DNA of 64,000 nucleotides from Octopus sinensis (Eukaryota). The DNA lies in contig NC_043013.1 of the NCBI RefSeq assembly GCF_006345805.1, positions 53,382,001 through 53,446,000 of the forward strand, written 5' to 3'. The position numbers and the translations under genes are program-made. Position 1 is the first letter of the stretch. The number at the start of each line of letters is the position of its first letter. Positions 50,813 through 64,000 of this stretch are shown in pieces. Below the pieces are notes generated by a model. That model ran no database searches. It had not been told where the DNA came from and saw only the letters and a list, made by a program, of their open reading frames with translations.

Positions 50813-51473
50813 TTTTCGTTCTAAAAAACTTTGTATGGAGCGAATGGTTACCTCTATGGAAATATATACACACACATTATACATACATGTGTGTATAGAT
50901 GAATATATAAATACATTTAAATATCTATATACGCTTTTGGACGATCTTTCTGCTTCTTAGAGATAACTTTTGATCTTATTTTCGTCCTAAAAAACTTTGT
51001 ATGGAGTGAATGGTTACCTCTATGGAAATATATACACACACGTTATACATACATGTGTGCATAGATGAATATATAAATACATTTAAATATCTATATACAC
51101 TTTTGGGCGATCTTTCTGTTTCTTAGAGATAATTTTTGATCTTATATTCGTCCTAAATAACTTTGTATGGAGTGAATGGTTACCTCTATGGAAATATATA
51201 CACACACATTATACATACATGTGTGTGTGTCTATATACACTTTTGGGCGACTGCTACTTAGAGATAACTTTAGATGTTATTTTCGTCCTAAAAAACTTTG
51301 TGCGGAGTGAATGGTTACCTCTATGGAAATATATACACACATCACACGTTATACATATGTGTGCATAGATGAATATATAAATACATTTAAATATCTATAT
51401 ACACTTTTGGGAGATCTTTCTGCTTCTTAGAGATAACTTTAGATGTTATGTTCGTCCTAAATAACTTTGTATG
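50813..51473. repeat. Tandem repeat of about 4.1 units of about 166 bp
   Basis: Units begin at about 50813, 50979, 51145, 51280 (after a shortened unit) and 51449 (TTCGTCCTAAA.AACTTTGTATG). Confidence 0.88.
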
Positions 51474-52138
51474 AATTGAAAAAGAAAATGAATTGAAATT
51501 CTAAAAGAAAGGAATTTGTTTACATACATGTGTAAAATGGCAAATGTTTGTGCAGTTGTCTGATGGAACTGATGTATTATAATGAATAGTCCTTCTTCTT
51601 GTGAATATTAATTTGATTAATATGAACTGAAAACCAGTGGTGTAGCATAGGTGATCTTCTAGCAAAAAGGATGACCAGTCTGAATGGGTCATCCCTGTCA
51701 CACACACACACACACACCACACACACGCATCCTCACACACACGCACACACACACACACACAGACACACACGTTAGCTTACAATGTCTGTCAACAATTGAC
51801 ACTGTCGTATATATTAGCGTGTCTATGTGTCTAAAGAGGAAGTGGGAGTAATAGGCAGAGTAAAGGCTTCAAAGTGAAATGTTAAAATATTGAGTTTTCT
51901 CGAATTTTGTCTTAATTGGGGGTGAAATTGAAAGAAATTTTGCATGGCATGACCCAATGGAAGTTCTTTGAAAAATCATAGGTAAAGTCTAATTGAAGAA
52001 ATTGTGTGAGGAGTAAATCGTTATGTATTTATTTGTTTCTGTTTGCTGCTTTTTTTTTTGAGTAGTGTTGTAAGGTAGACTTGCAAAGAGAAAGTCGTAG
52101 AAATGAGAGTGATAGCGTGAGTGAATCAGATCGCTCCC

Positions 52139-52176
<38 letters not shown>

Positions 52177-53727
52177 CTGTAACCCACACTAAGAAATGCA
52201 TTTGACTTATACACCACAATGTGAGTTTTCTCTAAATTTTGCTTAATTGGGGTTGAAATTTTAAAAACTGGACCTGGCACGACCCGATGCATTCTACTCT
52301 TAAAAATGCTAGGTAAATTGTAATTGAAGAAATCCTATATTGTAGATTTCTATAAGATACAAAGGGAGACAGATAAAATCTGCCTTTTATAATAAGATAT
52401 ATATATATATATATACACTTATATATACATACACACACACACATATATATATATATTGAGAGAGAGAGAGAGGGAGAGAGATTCGTCAGCCTATCCACCT
52501 ACATACTATGTACCTACTTATCTAGGTACTTTCTACCTGGTACTGTACCTATCTATCGATTGTTTCTTTTATCTTCAGCTTACGTCTCTCAATTTCTCCA
52601 TCTAGCTAATTACCTATTTACCTACCTATCAATTCATTGCTTTACTATGTCTAGCTATGTATGTATGTATGTATGCTTGCATATATGTATGTATGTAAGC
52701 ATGTTTGTATGTATGTATGTATGTATCTATCTATCTATCTGTCTACCTACCTACCTATCTATCTATCTATCTATCTATCAAATTATCTCTGTTTCTTCAA
52801 AGACCATCCCTTGTATTATCCCTTGTTTGGCCTTCAGCTCTCATGACCCTATAAAATAGACCCCAAACCCCTCCCAGACAAAACCAGTTCCACAGATTTT
52901 GTTTTCAGGTCATTGTAATTCCACAATTTCAATCTTTGGCCAAATTTATTTCATTTTATTACATTTCACTTTCCGATTTATAAAGCTGGAATACTAATGA
53001 TATTAAAAATAATAATAATAAGTCATTCCTCTGAGATTAATTTTTCAACACTACGATGCCATTGAATTTCTGTTTCAACATGAAATTGGGGCTATATTTC
53101 ACTTCCCTCTTCCTCCTCCTTCCCCTCTTTTTGATTCTCACTTTCTTCTTCCCAGCCTTCTCTTCCTCTCTCTTCTATTCCCTCCTCCACCTTCTCCTCT
53201 CATCTTCCTACATCTCAGCCTCGTCACAGTTCTCCATTGTTTAGGCTTCTAAGGTCATTTTGATCTTTTTTTCTCTCTCTGCCCTTTAAATCATTGCTCT
53301 AAAAATCATTTTCGCAAACCATGCACTCCAGTGAGTGATTTCATTATCTAGTCGTTGAAACAACAACAACAACAACAACAAAAAAAACACAAAATTCTAA
53401 AAAGTCTTCAAACCATGATTTGGGGAAATCGATCATATTTCTTATTCGTAGAGAACCAATAATTGGCTGGAAAATAAAAGAATTAACGGAGATGCTACAT
53501 CAGATACACGACCATTTCCCAATTTAGCTAATTAGTTATACATAAATATCGATTAGATTCTGCCAACATGATCGCTTCAAATGGATTTTCAACGGGAAGA
53601 TTTATTTATTTTTTGCCCCTATTTTCTGTATATTATTACGAAGAGCGCGGAGGGAGTGGAGAGGATACATGTCTGCTAATTTCATGTTCAATACAGATTA
53701 TTATTCTTAATGTTGTTATTACTATTA

Positions 53728-53785
<58 letters not shown>

Positions 53786-53800
53786 TACTATTATTGTGAA

Positions 53801-54131
53801 GGCGCATGGCTCAGTGGTTAGAGCGTCGAGCTTACGATCGTGAGGTTGTGAGCTCGAATCCCGGACCGGGCTGCGTGTTGTGTTCTCGAGCAAGGCACTT
53901 TATTTCACGTTGCTCCAGTTCACTCAGCTGTAGAAATGAGTTGCGTCGTCACTGGTGCCAAGTTGTATCGACCTTTGTCTTTCCCTTGGATAACACTGGT
54001 GGCGTGGAGAGGGGAGGCTGGTATGCATGGGTGACTGCTGGCCTTCCATAAACAACCTTGCCCGGACTTGTGTCTAGGAGGGTAACTTTCTAGGTGCAAT
54101 CCCATGGTCATTCATGACCGAAGGGGGTCTT
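53801..54131 (+). mobile_element. tRNA-derived SINE family C, full length
   Basis: A box TGGCTCAGTGG, B-box-like CTCGAATCCC. The body matches 2296-2620. Confidence 0.8.
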
Positions 54132-54544
54132 TACCCTATTACTATCATTATTATTATTATTATTATTATCATTATTATTATTAGTATTAGTATTATTGTT
54201 GTTGTTGTTGTTGTTGTTATTGTTATTATTTTTATTATGGTTTTGCTGTTGTTGTTGAAGTTGTCATTGCTCCTACTGCTGATTTTGTCTCAGCTGCTAC
54301 TGCTGTTATTTTCGTTGTTTCCCGCGTTAATCTTTTGTTACGTATCACGAGTTCACTGAAGAAGTGAGAAATAAGCAAATTTATTTCAGCAATATTGTTT
54401 AACAAACACACACATGTATGTATGTATATTGGCCTGCTCGCTTGGCCAGCGGGGTGGCGTCACTCGAAGGCTAAAGCAATGCAAAGCGCATTGTGACCAG
54501 CGATGTGTAACAATATCTGATGGTCTGGTCGGTCACGTGATCAC

Positions 54545-54580
<36 letters not shown>

Positions 54581-54676
54581 GAATTTATATATGTATGTAT
54601 ATATATATACATTGACAGAATGATACTAAAAATCCAAGGCTGCGAATAGTTTTTCAGAACATTTATTAAGACAAGC

Positions 54677-54723
54677 TCTTACAGCTGTTTTCCGGAATGT
54701 TTTATATATCCCTTCATCAGAGA
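54677..54723 (-). ncRNA. Degenerate PLE-type hammerhead motif
   Basis: TCT-CTGATGA-A-GGGAT..ATTCC-G-GAAAA-CAGCTG-TA^-AGA. The core 5' strand is intact, with extra G and A around GAAA and a palindromic stem III. Confidence 0.45.
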
Positions 54724-54906
54724 CAGTGCGAGAAAATGTTTGAGTATTAATTATTGTATATAAATATAATCTTTTGGAGCTAGCGATCAATCATGGCGGC
54801 TCCAAAAGATTTTTTGTTTATGCATATATATATATATATAATATATATAAATGCATGCATGTATATATGAATATGTATGTGTGTATATATATATATATAT
54901 TATATA

Positions 54907-54980
<74 letters not shown>

Positions 54981-55209
54981 CATATATATACTTATAGATA
55001 CATATCCATAAATGTGTATGGGTATATATATATATATGTGTGTATTATGTAGGCGTGTGTGTGTGTGTATGTATTTGTGCAAAATTCAATTTAATTATGT
55101 TTAAATACAATGACCAATGGGTCATTCCTATTTAACCCGTAAGGAGGAAGTGACCTTTTCTGTACTTGTGAATTTTTAATTTTCCATATATATACGATCC
55201 CACAGTGTG

Positions 55210-55289
<80 letters not shown>

Positions 55290-56984
55290 ATAATTATGAA
55301 ATTTAATAGGCAGGTAAATATGTAGATTACCAATTGACAGTCTGATAGACGTAAGATGAACGATAGAAAACAGAACCGAACGATAGGCTGGTTTCGAGGT
55401 AGAAAGTTAAATGGTTAGATTGATAGATATGTAGGTAGATATAATCGTAGGGATATAGGTACGAAGGTTAGTATTTAGGTTGAGAGATTGACGGATACAT
55501 TTACAGATATATATGCCTATGTATGTAGAAAAGTTTGTAAATAGATTGCTAGATTCTCTAATTCTACGTGGCGAAAAATAGATTTGGATAGAAGTAAGCA
55601 TAATAAAAGGTATAACAAAGCAATGAGAATAAATAGTAAATAGGAAATATACATAGTAGGTAATCACTATACGCACAATTTATATTTATATACAAATAGA
55701 ATAGTTAGTGGGTTGTTATGTAGATGTATGTTTGTGGATAGATACATAGGTAATATGAACGGACACAAGTATTGAAAATGTATTAAAAACGTCACTTCCT
55801 TCTTTAAGGTTATATAAGAATGACCGACAGATAATTGTATTTAAACAATTAAATTGAATTTTGCACTTAGCTAAACACAAATACATACACGCACACGCAT
55901 ACATAATACACACACATTTGCACATACATATGCAAATGAAAACTGATTCACGTTACCATATGCACACACTTCACTTCACACAAGGAGACAGAGGTACACA
56001 CACACATAAAAACGCACAAGCACGGCACATAAACACATGAATATGCAAAATACATATATACAAACGTACATACATACAAACATATATATATATTTATATA
56101 TATATATATATATATACGTACACACATACATACATACATACACAACTTACATGCATGCATATATAAATACATGTGTATGCACACACACACACACACACAC
56201 ACACACTGACCCAAACACCTGCGCACAAACAACCAACAACAACGCAGGTCGGATAATGAACAGAGTCAACGACTATTGAAAAGGTTGCAAGACGCAACGA
56301 AAAATTTCAGAAAAATTATAAATGAATGGAAACTTTGCCGGTGAGTGTGTTAAATAATAAGGCACTAAAAAAGAATAACTCACGCCAGACACAACAAAAT
56401 ATGCTTCATCATACGAATTCACATAAAGAATCTTGAAAACCAAATCGAAAAACGAATTAAAGTAATAAAACTTCTTATAGAATATATAGGATTTTCTGAG
56501 TTTCTTGTTCGATTAAACAATTAAGCGTTCGTCAATCTCCCTACTCGATCCACTCAGGATGGGAAATCAACAAAATGAACTGATGTCCAGTTTTTCCATC
56601 TATATGTATTTTTTTTGGTATATTGTTAGCTATTAACTCTACGATCTACTAATTATTTTATTTATTCATTATATGAGTTAATCAAATGAGCTTTATCATT
56701 TGCATTTAAGCATACTTCTTTTCAAATTTATCAATGCTTCTGACGAATTAAAAGAGATTTTATCATTTTATTGCTTGAATCCATAAAGACTCAAATTCAG
56801 ATGGTTGAAAACTGTTATGTACTCCTTGGTGTCATTGTAGAGCTGACAAGCGACCTGACATTAAGTGATAAGCAATACAAGAAATATAATCACCAATAAT
56901 ATTCAAATAAATTTTATTAATCATGAAAGTAAGATAGAAACCATTAAGACAACTTGACGTAAAAAGAAATTAGACTTCATTGAT

Positions 56985-57360
56985 TCCTTATAATCTTTTC
57001 TTTAGGTGCCATGTCCAGAATGTAGGAAGTAGGCGATCGTGTCCTTTTACAATTCCTTGTTTTCTGCAACAGTTCCTCTTCCTGATGTTTAATGCCTATT
57101 TCTTTCAGCCAGTCTATCAAGCTGGACATCCATTCCTCTGTTCTTTTCTTTTCAATCTTTCCGGTCATCGCTAAATTCTCCAGACTCTTTCTTCGTCTTC
57201 TAATCAAGAAGTCTCAGTTGCTTGACCCTTAGCTCACAAAGTAGTTTCCAATTTACTGCAGCCACTTCTTCACAAGACACTTTTTCTGTCTATGCTATCC
57301 TCAGGACACTTCTTAAGAACCACATTTCACAGCTTTCCAAACATCTGCTAATATGCCCAC
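56985..57360 (-). mobile_element. RTE-clade LINE 3' fragment
   Basis: CLESCEMWFLRSVLRIA*TEKVSCEEV...SLENLAMTGKIE..R...WMSSL. Confidence 0.72.
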
Positions 57361-57997
57361 GGGCATATGACGTAGGGAATAAGAGCACGGATTACTAACC
57401 CCAAATCTATTTAACAATATCTACGAAATGGTGGGAACAGTGAAGTTGAACAATATCAAACATATTCAATATTAGAAGAAAGGAAATTTTAAATTCTTGT
57501 TGCTTTTGATTAAATTCAATGGCAAGAACAAAGGATCTAAATGACCTGCTTAAAGAAGCAGGCTGATATCTTTCATATCACACGCTAATGGATAAAACAG
57601 GAAGGAAATATTGGTTTATAATATTCCAGATAAAATCTATTTAGAAAACTTCGGGATGGTCATGGAAAGATTACTTTTGATCATTGGCGTGCTGGATCAG
57701 TAGGCAAGATCACACCACCAGGCCACAACTGACATCACACCAACAGAAATTCAAGTTGTCGGTCCTGACAAACGAAGAAACGTCACGCAGCCAGTAGAAC
57801 TACTTCTAAAATTAGTGGCCAGACTTCGCAGAATTGACGCAAAAGTCTTTAAGAAGGAGAAGACATATTACGTAATACAGCGTTAGATCCTTCTAAATCA
57901 GGTCATGGTTGGGACGTCAAATGATTAAAGTCTCAAATAAGGCAAAACGACAACGTAGACCTGCATTTCTTTGGTGTGTTAAAACCTGAAATGAGTA

Positions 57998-58384
57998 CAG
58001 TAGAATCTAGCAGTACGAGTGCCCCATTGTATGAGTAATTTTCTGTACGGGCCAAGACTCGTCGGGCTTTTCGTCTCGCAATACGAGCGAAAATCCGCAG
58101 TACGAGCACAGAAATCGTCCCATCTTTCAGGTAATTCAGTTAATAAAACCAGTTTACATATTTCTTTTCCATTTTCTTTTTTTTTATAATTGTAATTTTA
58201 CTTGTAACTACATCCATTCTTCTTTAAAACCCATAAAAAATAATTTTTGAGTGATTTGGCGGGGTTGGAACGGATTAATTATATTTTGGTCAACTTCAAT
58301 GGAGAAAATTGATTTGTAAAACGAGTAATTCATAAGACAAGCCGGACATTGAACGAATGAAACTCGTAATGCGAAGTATCACTG
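57998..58384. mobile_element. pogo/Tigger-type MITE
   Basis: Bounded by TA|CAGTAGAATCTAGCAGTACGAGT and ACTCGTAATGCGAAGTATCACTG|TA, i.e. imperfect 23-bp TIRs with a TA duplication. The subterminal GGTTGGAACGGATTAAT...CAATGGAGAAAATTG is typical of this class. Confidence 0.7.
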
Positions 58385-58996
58385 TATTTCTAGACAACTA
58401 ATAATATTTCAGATTAGTATTTCTAGATAGTTATCAATAATTTCGTTTAGTATACCATCTCCTACTCAGATTTCTATACGTTGCCTAAATTTAGACTAAA
58501 CAAATTTTTAGCAAGACTTGTCTGGACTCCATCTCTTCCAGAAGGTTCTAAATGAGAGGAAATGTTAAACAAGAGGAATTAATTTTAGTAAACTTCAACC
58601 ATAATAAATTGGATGTGTAGCAAATAATGCAGGGCAGGAAGAAATGAATTTAACTCGTTATTACAATTGTGCAGTTATAACTCGTTCAATTAATATGTGG
58701 AATATATTGTGTTCAAGTTAGAGATAAGGAACCGGTTTTATTGTGTGATATATGCAAGACTTTAATCTCTCCTGCAAATTGCAAGCGATCGTGAATTACA
58801 ATAACAATAAAAACGGTTCGTAAGAGAAGAGTTCAGAATATTGCGATGGAGATGGTGCTAAGGTCATTCCTTGCGGGTTAATGTTGCCCCCCGTTACCAG
58901 GGTTCATATTGCAAATCAATATCACTGTCATGGCATTAACAGCAATAATAATAGTAATATCAACAACAACAACACAACAACAACAACAACAACAAC

Positions 58997-59030
<34 letters not shown>

Positions 59031-59043
59031 TATAATAATAATA

Positions 59044-59107
<64 letters not shown>

Positions 59108-59109
59108 TG

Positions 59110-59142
<33 letters not shown>

Positions 59143-59197
59143 TAATAATAATAATATAATAATAATAATAATAATAATAATCATGATGACGGTGATA

Positions 59198-59401
59198 ATC
59201 CTTTCCATTGCTGGCACAAGGCCTGAAATTCGGGGAAGGGAGTGGGTACATTATATCAGCTCCAGGGCAATTAATTTAAAGTCCCTGAAAGGATGAAAAG
59301 TAAATTAGATCCGGGTAAGATTTGACCGCGGAACATAAAGGGAGAGCGAAATTGCGCTGAGCATTTTACCCAGCAAGCGAACGATTCAGTGAAATCGCCG
59401 C
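59198..59401 (-). mobile_element. SINE family A (diverged)
   Basis: Minus head GCGGCGATTTCACTGAATCGTTCGC. Body similar to other family A copies. Confidence 0.6.
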
Positions 59402-59436
59402 ATGAAGATGATGATGATGAAGATGATGACGATGTC

Positions 59437-59468
<32 letters not shown>

Positions 59469-59524
59469 CGACGACAACAAAAATCGCGAACGAATGACCT
59501 AGATTTGTCCAAAGCCATTACGAG

Positions 59525-59775
59525 TTGTGGCGACACGATGGGCGAAGGTGTTACATTGGAATCTTTGCGAAAAATGGATGCTAGAGAATGCTGGAGTCAC
59601 AGACTTTCAAAATCCTCTGAGATTTCCCAGACCAAACAGATCAGATGCGAGAGCATAACAGACCGGAACTTGTGGCATCATATATGCTGTATAGTTGGTG
59701 TTGCATGCCCTTTTGACCCATAAATAGTCAAGAAGGAAGGCGAAAATATAGATAAATACCACCCTGTTAAGAACG
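59525..59775 (+). mobile_element. RLE-type LINE endonuclease-region fragment
   Basis: RHD..AKVLHWNLCEK (with a frameshift) and CIVGVACPFDP*IVKKEGENIDKY resemble the RHD / D-V-A-C-P-F-D / K..KY motifs. An (AAT)n follows. Confidence 0.7.
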
Positions 59776-59794
59776 AAATATTATTATGAATAAT

Positions 59795-59829
<35 letters not shown>

Positions 59830-59870
59830 GAAGAAGAAGAAGAAGAAGAAGAATAAGAATAATAATGATG

Positions 59871-59930
<60 letters not shown>

Positions 59931-60867
59931 GTAATAATAATAACAATAATAATAATTTCTATTATTGGCCACAGTAGGACGAGCTACAATACAAAAAGAT
60001 TACAAAGGCAAAAAGAAAATAATAACAATAATAATAATAATTAGCATTCAAAACCCGTCGTTGCCGGGTCATAGTGCTAGTGCATGTATATTTGTGTATA
60101 TATATGTGTGTACATATTACATATATATCTATATATATACATCTACACATAAAATACAAAATACAAAGTTATATCTTGATATCGCTAGTGATAACAATAC
60201 TCAAAATATATAAACACACTGGAATTGTTAACCCGTCTCTTGTAATTTCGATCAATTGTATCTTGTCTTCCCTCTTGTATAGAAGTGGGGCTACAATCCA
60301 GCCTACCTCTACTTCAGGGGGGGGGGGCATTTAAATTTTTTTTCCGGGACGTCCTACGTCCCAGATATAAAGGTAAGAATAAAATATTTCCACTTTGCAA
60401 GTTCGAGTGGAGTACTTCCTTGCACGCTCCGTTGACTCGAACCTTGCTTCTATTGTGGCGAATTTACCGCCTCTGATTATATATATTTCATAGTCGTACC
60501 AAGGCACTTTTCGAAGGTGCTTTCCTCCATGTGTTCAAATCTTCTTTTTTCCCTACATTGTATACTTTATAGACAATAGTCTTTTCTTTAATTTAATTTT
60601 TTATTATTCATCTGGACTATTCCATTTCTGCACGCTAATTTTATTTTTAATCTATTCCCATTCATGTGAAACCACTTATTCAAGTTCAAATCATTGATGT
60701 AATTTTATACCAATTGCTATTTTTACTTTTGTCATGTTACTTTAGTTTGATTTTATTTATTACTTACTACATATAATTCAATTGTTTTATTATTTTAAAG
60801 TGAAAGTATCTGACATAAAATAGAGAAATGTTTTTGTTTCACTTTTAACACGTAATACTGAAATAGA

Positions 60868-61194
60868 GGAGAAGATATGATATTGCTATGGGCTCGCTCT
60901 AGGCAAGAAATTGAACATTTTTTGCCCATGAAACTACATGGACCCTAAGTAAGGCATGTGTAAAATTTGAATGGAATTGGTTGTGTAGTTCTCAAGTTTT
61001 AGGGAATCGTAGTGGAGAAGATATAATATTGCTGTGGGCTCGCCTAGGCAAAAAGTTTAACATGTTTTGCCGATGACACTCCCCGGACCCTAAGTAAGAC
61101 ATGTGTAAAATTTGAATGAAATTGGTTATGTAGTTCTCAAGTTTTAGGGAAACACACAGACAGACACACATTCTCAGTTTTATATATATAAAGA
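60868..61194 (-). mobile_element. Helitron-like 5' end followed by two ~146-bp tandem units
   Basis: Minus A^TCTTTATATATATAAAACTGAGAATGTGTGTCTGTCTG resembles the 50812 Helitron start. Units begin at 60868 and 61014 on the plus strand. Confidence 0.55.
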
Positions 61195-61223
61195 TAATAA
61201 TAATAATAATAACAACAATAATG

Positions 61224-61293
<70 letters not shown>

Positions 61294-61307
61294 TGATAAT
61301 AATAATG

Positions 61308-61338
<31 letters not shown>

Positions 61339-61411
61339 TGATGATGATTATGATGATGATAATAATAATAATAATAATAATGATAATAATAATAATAATA
61401 ACAACAACAAC

Positions 61412-61487
<76 letters not shown>

Positions 61488-61533
61488 TCCCAAAATACCT
61501 CAGGAACGAGAACCCAGGTTCCAAATTTCCCAA

Positions 61534-61579
61534 GACACCTGATGAAGGCTGGAGGGTATATCAGCCGAAACGTTGTGTT
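61534..61579 (+). ncRNA. Minimal type I hammerhead ribozyme of the Penelope type
   Basis: GACAC-CUGAUGA-A-GGCUG-(10 nt)-CAGCC-GAAA-CG-UU^-GUGUU. It has a 5-bp stem I, an intact core, a 5-bp stem II and an ACGU palindromic stem III. Confidence 0.75.
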
Positions 61580-62730
61580 AACAACAAACAAGATGAGAAC
61601 AAATACCCATCAAATGTAAATAATGTAAATGCCAATAACCGGGAGCGTCTGTTTGTTTTCCCATATATACCGCACCACCAACCTTTGTGAAACGTGCAGG
61701 GATTGCTTCCTCCACAGTCTTGAAGATCACGCATGCACTTTCATACATCCTGCCTCGGTCTCAGATCAGTATATGGTGTCGTTTATATCAGTCAGTCAGT
61801 GGTCATATATCAATGTCTGTTGGAAGAGATATACAGAAGCCCCTACTGGTTTTTGAAGGAGCAAGAATGCATTAGCTCCTGTAACATATTTTCCAAATTG
61901 ATCTTTCTTGTACGCTTGTGACCATCAATTTCTTCTAAATTACATACACACCGATCTGGTATTGCTCCTACAATGGACGGAGTGACAAATATCGCTACTT
62001 TTGTTTTTTAGAGGTAACAGTCCAAACGACTGTTTGCTCTTTGAATTGTTATCACTTTTCTGTTGATAGTTTTTGATCCGTTGATTTTGTTCTTTGTGGA
62101 AAACGTCTACGGTACCACCAATTTCGCAGACTCCTCCTCACATCACCACATCAGTAGACGCCATTTTACTAATATTTTAAAAAATCATCTGACGGTTAAA
62201 GCATTGTTTCAGAGCGTAAAATCTTGTTCTCTCTCAAAAAGGGCAAAAACAAACAGGAGAAGGCTCCTGTATTCTCTATGTAATGGATCTTTACAACAAC
62301 ACACAAAAAAATAAAATAACATCCAATTTGGAAGTAATTGGATAATTTTTCAAAACCTCACGAAATCACGAGCAAGGAAGACGCATCTGACTCTGGTAAA
62401 TATTTAATGTCGATGACGTTTCGTTTATTTGTGTCTCGGGTAAATTTAATTACACAAGCATTCCTGGACACCAACGCGAAATAATATACCGTGCTATACT
62501 TACATACATAATACATACATACATGCATGCATGCATACATACACATACACACACACACATATATATAAGTTGTGGACCTACACATATATATATATATCTA
62601 TACTCGGTGATACATTCACACACACACACATATATATATATATGAATAAATGAAACCGTGCAAAATGTAAACACACATACACACATAGATAAATAAATAG
62701 ATAGATAGTTATATAGTAGTAGTAGTAGTA

Positions 62731-62784
<54 letters not shown>

Positions 62785-63200
62785 CTCCAGCAGCAGCACC
62801 AGCACCAGCAGCACCAGCTCCAGCTCCGGCATTAGCAGCGACATTGCAGATTTTGTAAATAAGGCAGCGGTCTGCCTTGACCCAGCAGACCATTCCATCC
62901 TTGACCATCACGATCTTTCAGAAACTCCTCATATAGCATCCAGTATGGCGGTCCTACTTTTGCCTTTTCTAAATGTAGGTGAGATTTTATAGTGATTCGA
63001 CTGTTATTTCTTGCATATCTTCAGCTGCCTTGAAATATCTGTAATATTTCTCTTTCAGTATTGTATCCCGTGTGTAATATCCGTCTGCCTTTGTTAAAAT
63101 ACCAACATGTAGATATGAAGAAATGAAACACCCGATGGCTGCATGGAAAAAGAAAATACAAAGTGATAAACGATATGTGATTAATAAGGTAAGCATAAAT

Positions 63201-63252
<52 letters not shown>

Positions 63253-63489
63253 CACTCTGTAAAGGGAAGGCTAATGATATATAGATATAAATAATTAAAA
63301 ATGTAACTTCATTGCAGAGGAAACTAGTAGTATAAATTCTACTGTAAATATATACACTGGGGATATGGATATTGTAAATACGCACTTTTGCAGGCGAGGT
63401 TAATTGTACAAACTCTTTAAGTATACATTACACTCTTTAAATATGAGGTTGGTAGTATAGGTATAAATATATATATATCGAAATATAAC

Positions 63490-63815
63490 CATATGTAGAT
63501 CGTTGTTGATTTGTTTTTCTCCTACGTCTTTCTTTTCTCTTGGACTTTCCTCCGTCTCCTGTTTCCTGCGCGAAGAGTTTTGGTTTCCATTCTTTCCCCG
63601 AGCGTCTGCCAATAATTTGCATGTACCACGTCCTCGCGTTGTTGCTTTTTTTTTCTTGTTGCGTTTTTCCTCGTTTTTATTTAACTATATATATAGTTTA
63701 ACGCTCGGAATGTTGAGAAAGTCTTTTACGTTTCGAGCCTACGCTCTTCAACAGAAAGGAACACGAGAAAATAAACACAGAGAGAATATAAAAAGCTTTA
63801 GTGGCTAGAGATCAA
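63490..63815. mobile_element. Two PLE pseudo-LTR-like pieces tail-to-tail across TATATATA
   Basis: The minus copy at 63695-63815 matches 49715-49830 and has a hammerhead-like motif at 63723-63758. The plus piece at 63490-63686 is a more diverged relative. Confidence 0.6.
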
Positions 63816-64000
63816 TACACACATATACACTGCATAGATAGCGCTGTTAATGTAGATATAAATATTCTGAATAACAATATTCTGTGGATGAAACTAATGA
63901 TGTGGATGTAAGTAATGTAAGTATAAATTCTTTAAACGTGACGTTAATAATGTAGAGCAATGGCTTTCAACCGTGGTCCATATGACCCTTGGGTGAGGCG

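Noticed and set aside
53801-53870. SINE heads as tRNA genes
   Set aside because: They have A/B boxes but no complete cloverleaf or acceptor stem, and each continues into a SINE body.

Overview
AT-rich eukaryotic non-coding DNA, either intergenic or deep intronic. It is dominated by microsatellites ((AT)n, (AC)n, (AAT)n, (ATAC)n, (AGAT)n, (AAG)n) and by transposable-element debris. The repeat make-up is most consistent with an octopod cephalopod genome (inference, not verified). I found no host protein-coding gene, and nearly all ORF-track entries are translations of simple repeats. Supported features: four tRNA-derived SINE families (about 25 copies or fragments); LINE fragments (CR1, RTE, Tx1/L1, restriction-like-endonuclease types); Penelope-like element (PLE) pieces; mariner and maT transposase relics; a pogo-type MITE; a Helitron with both ends intact; and one U6 snRNA copy. 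The standout is 1077-2065: a near-identical 351/352-bp tandem array inserted in (TA)n. Each unit carries a fully canonical type I hammerhead ribozyme on the minus strand, which is the architecture of a non-LTR retrozyme (self-cleaving, circRNA-forming, non-autonomous retroelement). Further hammerhead-like motifs, some with unusual core variants, occur in PLE remnants elsewhere in the window.
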